Shown here in pieces: positions 45,601-50,817 of a stretch of DNA of 50,817 nt. The translations under genes were made by a program, and so were the position numbers. The DNA comes from Cyanophora paradoxa CCMP329 (Eukaryota; Plantae; Glaucophyta), in assembly GCA_004431415.1 (NCBI GenBank), contig QPMI01000345.1:1-50817 (forward strand), in the 5' to 3' direction. Within the stretch, counting starts at the first letter, position 1. Each line of letters begins with the position of its first letter. The notes under the pieces were generated by a model that worked only from the letters and a program-made list of their open reading frames with translations, was not told the origin of the DNA and did not search any database.

Positions 45601-48600
45601 CTCGGTGGAGGTGCAGGCGCTGGTGCAGTACGTGATCAACCAGCTCAAGGAGGACAACCACGTGGAGCTGGTGCTGCTCCGCGAGCTCGTCGGCAAGATG
45701 TCGGGGGTGGAGCCGAGCGAGGACCTGCGGGACGACCAGGCGGACGCGCAGGCCGGCGGGGAGACGCTGCGGGCCGAGACGGCCATGAACCTCGTCAAGG
45801 CCAACTACAAGAAGTCGTGCACGAAGCTGCGGGACGTGCTCCTCGGCTCCGGGGCGGCCTTCCCGCTGCTGGCGCTCATCGGCCAGCAGCGCCGCGCCGT
45901 CGTCGAGCTCATGGGCGGCGACTCCGAGTTCCCCCTCAAGGCCCGCCCGCCCCCGTTCCCCTCCCTCCCCGCCCGGCCCCTCCGCCGAGCGCCGCGCAGA
46001 TGGTGGGCGACTCGTTCGACAAGATCCACGAGACGCTCATCCAGTACGTCGAGTTCCTCCAGGTGCCCCCCAACCCCCGCTCCCAGAGAGCCCGGCGCGC
46101 CCTCGCGTGACCGCGCCGGCGGGCGGGGCGGGGCAGACGAACGTGCCGGCGGAGCAGTACGCGAAGCTGCTGCCGTCGATGCAGGAGCTCTGCGTCAAGT
46201 ACCAGCTGGAGCCGGAGGTCGTCTGGCACATCGCCCGCCCCGCCCTCCCCTACCTCCCCGGCGAGGAGGGCGCCCCGGCCCCGGCCCCGGCCCCGGGCGC
46301 CCAGGAGCTCGTCCCCGCGCACGTCGTCCGCGCCATCCGCCACATGGCCCCCGTCCACGACGTGCGCCCCCGGCCCCCCGCCCCTCCCCGGCCCCGCTGG
46401 CCCCCGCCGATGCCGGGGGGGCAGGCGGTGGGCCGGAAGGTCTTCGCGGCGGAGCTGTACGCCGCCTTCTGGTCCCTCTCCCTCTACGACATATACGTGC
46501 CCAAGGCGCGCTACGAGGCGGAGATCGCCAAGTGCCGCGAGCAGCTGCGCGTCCTGGACGACCCGCGCGAGCGCGAGAAGGACCGCACCGAGCTCGAGCG
46601 CTCCGACCGCAAGAAGAAGCGCGAGCGGGCCCAGGCGCGCCAGCACCCCACGCCGCGCCCTGTCCTGTTCCGCGCTGATCCTCCACCCTGGCAGGGCGTG
46701 CTGGAGAAGCTGGAGGCGGAGCTGGCGGCGCACGAGAAGCACCACGCCGCCGTCAAGGACAAGTTCGAGCGCGCCAAGGACACCTTCCTCCGTGCGGCCC
46801 CGGCCTTCGCGCCCCGAGGGTAGCTTTAGCCCACTGACGGCCCCGAGCAGCGCGCTACCACAAGGATTTCATCATGTCCTTCCTCCAGCTCTGCATCTTC
46901 CCCCGCTCCGCCTACTCCCTCCTCGACGCCTCCTACTGCATGAAGGCGCCCCCGGCCCCGCCCCGTCCCCTCCCCTGCCCTCTGAGCCGCGCCGCGCCGG
47001 GCCGCAGTTCGTGCTGCTGCTGCACTTCTCCTCGGCCAAGTGCTTCTCCACCCTCGCCTTCTTCCAGAAGGCGCGCCGCCCGCCCCAGCTCCCCCGCCGG
47101 CCCCGCCCCGGCCGCCTGACGCCGGGGGGCGGGCAGAGCATCTCGGTGATGCGGGACCACATCTTCTCCTGCACCGAGAAGGAGGCCTCCCGCGTCGGTG
47201 CCCCGCCCCTTGCCTCGCCTTCTGCGCTCCGTCGCCCCGCGCCGACACACGCGCCGCCTCAGGCAAGTTCATGGCGGAGCTCATCGGGGTGTGGCAGCAG
47301 TGGACGGCGAACCAGGCGGCCTTCGACAAGTCCTGCGCCGCCTACCCGGGCTTCTCCACCAACTTCGGGGACCTCTCCGCCAAGCGCGCCTCGTACAACC
47401 AGTTCCAGGGCGTCGTCGACAAGTGGTACGGCAAGCTCGTCGACGCCTTCAAGAGCCTCCTCGAGAGCAAGGAGTTCATGGAGCGCCGCAACGCCCTCCT
47501 CATCCTCTCCCGGGCCCGCCCCCGCCCCTGCCGCCCCCGCCGCCCCCGCCCGCGGGCCGCCGGCTCGCGCTGAGCCGCCCCTCGGCGCGCAGCTGGCGCA
47601 GGCGAAGATCTTCCCGCCGGTGCGGCGGCCCGGCATGGAGAAGGCCGCCCGCGAGATCGAGGCCCTCGTCTCCAAGTGCCCCGCCCCCCCCGCCCCCGCC
47701 CCGCCGGCCGCCGACCCCGCGCCGCAGGATGAAGGAGGAGGAGACGCGCGAGGACATCAAGGCCCTCGCCGCCCGGTGCGCCTTGCCGTGCGGCGGGAGG
47801 GGCCGCGCTGAGGCCGCCCCGCCCCGCAGCTACCACGGCATGCTCGTCGCCATGCTCCCCAAGAAGCCGGCCGCCCGGGGGGCGCCGCCGCCGCCGCCGC
47901 CGGCCCCGCCGCCGCCGCCTCGCCCCGCCCGCCGCCGGTCCCGCGCCGGCCCCGCTGCGGTCCGCTTTCCCCCTGGCGCCGCAAGGAGCGAGCTGACAGC
48001 GCGACAGGCGAAGCCGCGCGCTGAGGCACCCGTGGGGGCCTCGGGAGCTGGCGGGCGGGAGCCGGCGCGCCGCCTCCGGCACGCGGGCCCGGCGGCGCCG
48101 TCGCCGCTGCGGCGGCCGCCGCGGCCGCGGACGCGCGGGGGGCGACCAAGCCGGGGCAGGCCCAGCCGCCGCCGCCGGCGCGCGACGGGCCGCGGCAGCG
48201 GGAGGGCCAGAGCCTGAACCCCAACGCGCCCGACTTCGTGCCCAGCGGGGCCCCGCGGGTGCGCGCTGCTGCCGGTTCGGGGCGCCGCTGCGTCGCTCAC
48301 GGACCGCGTAGGAGGGGAAGGGCGCCCCGCCGGAGCCGAGGCGCGCCCCGCCGCCGGCCGACCGCAACAGGGACGGAGACCGCGATCCGCCCGCCCGCAG
48401 GCCGCCCCGGCCGCCGCGAGCGCGGCGGACGGCGGGAGGGCGGCGCCGCCGCGGGCGCCGCTGCCTCCGGGCCCTCGGCGCGCTGCCGCCGCGGGGGGGC
48501 AGCGGGAGGCGGCGGCGGCGAAGGAGGGGGCGGGGACGGGGGCGGCCACGGCGGCGCCCGCTCGGGAGGCGCGCGAGGCGCGGGACGGGAAGCGCGGCGG

Positions 48601-49834
48601 CGCCGACGCCGAGCCGGTCGACGACAATGGTCCGGTACCCCCCCCCCCCCCCCGCCCCGCCCTCCCGCCCCGCCTCCAGAGGGCGCGCGCTGACGGTCGG
48701 GCCGGCAGCCTCGAAGCGGCGGCGGGCGGCCGGCTCGGCGCCGAGCTCGCAGCCGGTGTCGGGGACGGCGACGCCCTCGGACGACCGCGGGCGCCCGCCC
48801 CGGCCCGCTCCATCTCGCCCGCCCGGCCGCCCCCCGGCGCCCTCCCCCGGCTGCGGCCCGCAACGAGCGCGAGCGGGAGCGCGAGCGGGAGCGGGAGCGC
48901 GAGCGCGAGCGCGAGCGGGAACGGGACGCGAAGGACAAGGGCGGCGAGCGGAAGCGGAGCGCGAGGAGCCGCCGCCGCGCCCGAGGCGGCGCCCAAGCGC
49001 CGCCGGACGAGGAGGAGGGTGCGCGCGCCCCGCCCGCCCGCCCGGGCCCCGCGCGCTCGCTCGGCGGGCGCTGAGGGCGGGCCCGGGCAGAGGCGGCGGC
49101 GCGGAGGGCGCGGGCGTCGAGCCGCGAGGTCTCCCGCGAGGCCCGCGACCGCGACCGCGACCGCGAGCGCGACAAGGAGCGGGAGCGGGAGCGCGAGAAG
49201 GAGGAGCGGAGAAGCGGGAGCGGGAGAAGGAGGAGGAGCGGGAGCGGGAGGCCAAGGGGCGCGACAAGGAGCGCCCCGGGCGGGAGGAGAAGAAGGAGGA
49301 GAAGAAGGAGGAGGGGCGGGAGGAGAAGGCGGCCGCCCCGCCCCGCCGCGTCGTCAAGATCGCCAAGGGCTCCTCCCACAAGGACGCCCCCGCCGCCTCG
49401 GGGCCCGCCCCGCCCCCGGAGGCCGCCCCCTCCACCTCCGTCCCCACCCCGCCCTCGGCCTCGGGGCGCGCCCCGTCCCCGCGCGAGGGCCGCGACAAGG
49501 AGAAGGAGAAGGAGCGGGACGGCCGCGAGAAGGACCGCAAGGAGGAGAAGGGTGCGCCCCCGCCCCACGCCCGCTTCGGTGCGCGCCTCACGGCCCGCGC
49601 GCAGCGGAGCGCAAGCGGGACAAGGAGGAGAAGAAGGAGAAGGAGAAGGACAAGGACGACGAGGAGAAGAAGGAGAAGCGGCGCGACAAGGAGAAGGAGA
49701 AGGACAAGGAGAAGGAGTGCGTCGCCGCCGCGCCCCGGGCGCCCCGCCGCCGCCCGCCGCCGCCCGCCGCCCCTCACCCGTCCCCGCCCGCGCGCCGCAG
49801 GCCGTCATCCGAGAAGCGGCGGCGCGGCAAGTGA
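42697..49834 (+). CDS. THO2: THO complex subunit 2, multi-exon
   Basis: KTRTKMLYTQQKYNLMREETEGYSKLVTE, SLIGYFDLDPNRVADIVLDAYE, GENQKLGL, LQAYDNLI, LWLAGLATFAG, YAAFWSLSLYDIYVP, FLQLCIFPR, SCTEKEASR, SKEFMERRNALLIL, REDIKALA; Lys/Arg/Glu-rich tail. Confidence 0.96.
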
Positions 49835-49955
49835 GCGGGCGGCGCGGAGCTCGAGCCCCGCGCACTCGCGCACCCTCGCCGCTCGCACCGCGCCAGCGGA
49901 GCCGAGTGTCGAATTGTCCAAAAAGACTAGAGTACACGCGCGCTGGGGCCGGGGG

Positions 49956-50817
49956 CTAGACGAAGATGTCGGACCAGGAGCGGGCGACGGGGCGGTCCTC
50001 GCGCAGCTCGAAGCGCCACTCGCCGTCCGCACCGCGCGCCCGCGCGAAGAGGTCCCCGACGAGGCCGTCCCCAGCGCCGGCGAGCGGGCCCCAGCCCGCC
50101 CCGGCCGCTGCGTCGCCCGCTGCGTCGGCGAGCCGGCGCCGGGGCGGGCCCCGCTCGGGCTGGACGGCTGGCCGGGCGCGTGCCCTGGGAGAGGTCCGCG
50201 AGGAGAGGGGCTGCCAGGCGCGGGGCCGGGCGATGGGAGGCGGGCGACGCGGGGGCGGGGCGGGCGAGGGCGGCGGGGGCACGTCGGCCCCGGAGCTCTC
50301 CAGGCCGGACTCGCTGCTGCTGCCCTCCTCGCCGTCCTCGTCGTCCGAGCGCAGCCGGTGCTTCTCGGGGAGAGGGGCCGGAAGGCCTCCGCCAGGGCCG
50401 ACACCCGCGCCCGGCCCTCCTCCTCCCGGGTCCCCGCTCCCCCGCCGCCCGGGCCCCCCGCCACGCTCCCCCGCCGCAGCGCGGACGCGCTCCCCGGCCT
50501 CGAAGCGGCGGCGCTCCCGGGCCGCGAGGCGGACGCGCTCCTGGGCGGGATGCGGCAGCGCTGTGGGGCCGGAGCGGCGAGGCGCTCTGGGCCGGGACGG
50601 GGAGGAGGCGGCGGCGCTCGGGGCCGGGGCGGCGGCATCGGCTCCCCGACGCGCGCCCGCACCGCCGCCCGCAGCGTCGCCAGGCACCGCGGCTGCGGGG
50701 CGGGGCGTCAGGGGCGCGCGGGCGGGCCGGGCGCGGGGCGCGGGCCTGGTTGCTGTTGAAGAACTCGGCGGTGCGGGCCTCCACCCCGGGGTCCCCCTTG
50801 GCGTCGAACTGCGCGGG
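49956..50817 (-). CDS. 3' end of an unknown protein-coding gene (5' part outside the window)
   Basis: Coding-like exons AQFDAKGDPGVEARTAEFFNSNQ (followed by a GC donor), an acidic Ser-rich segment, and the end ...DGEWRFELREDRPVARSWSDIFV*. Confidence 0.5.
   Translation of the reverse strand, partial: PRSSTPRGTPGWRPAPPSSSTATRPAPRARPARAPLTPRPAAAVPGDAAGGGAGARRGADAAAPAPSAAASSPSRPRAPRRSGPTALPHPAQERVRLAARERRRFEAGERVRAAAGERGGGPGRRGSGDPGGGGPGAGVGPGGGLPAPLPEKHRLRSDDEDGEEGSSSESGLESSGADVPPPPSPAPPPRRPPPIARPRAWQPLSSRTSPRARARPAVQPERGPPRRRLADAAGDAAAGAGWGPLAGAGDGLVGDLFARARGADGEWRFELREDRPVARSWSDIFV

Overview
Very GC-rich, gene-dense eukaryotic DNA with many short (mostly about 45-100 nt) spliceosomal introns. 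The long ORFs in the six-frame track are mostly artefacts of GC richness, so I reconstructed genes by splicing manually; all gene boundaries are approximate. About 16 protein-coding genes are supported: a GT-A-like glycosyltransferase (partial), ESF1, TFIIIC subunit 1, an ABC1-kinase/beta-lactamase fusion, agmatine deiminase, two head-to-head paralogous secreted Cys-rich proteins, a TTLL2-like tubulin glutamylase, a GRAM-like protein, an unknown probably mitochondrial protein, a plastid-targeted Lon-N-domain protein, a C2-domain/zinc-knuckle protein, exosome MTR3, a Pro-rich unknown, THO2, and a partial unknown. A plastid transit peptide with an early 'AFV' motif suggests an alga with a primary plastid, possibly a glaucophyte such as Cyanophora (inference only). 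The main discovery is a 1.14-kb ESF1 intron holding seven box C/D snoRNA genes, including a recently amplified 5-copy family. Other notable features are a high GC-AG intron frequency (about 14 of 36 in one gene), a perfect 27-bp hairpin covering a 3' splice site, two intron presence/absence differences between inverted paralogs, a PAM2 motif in THO2, and a candidate spliced non-coding transcript.
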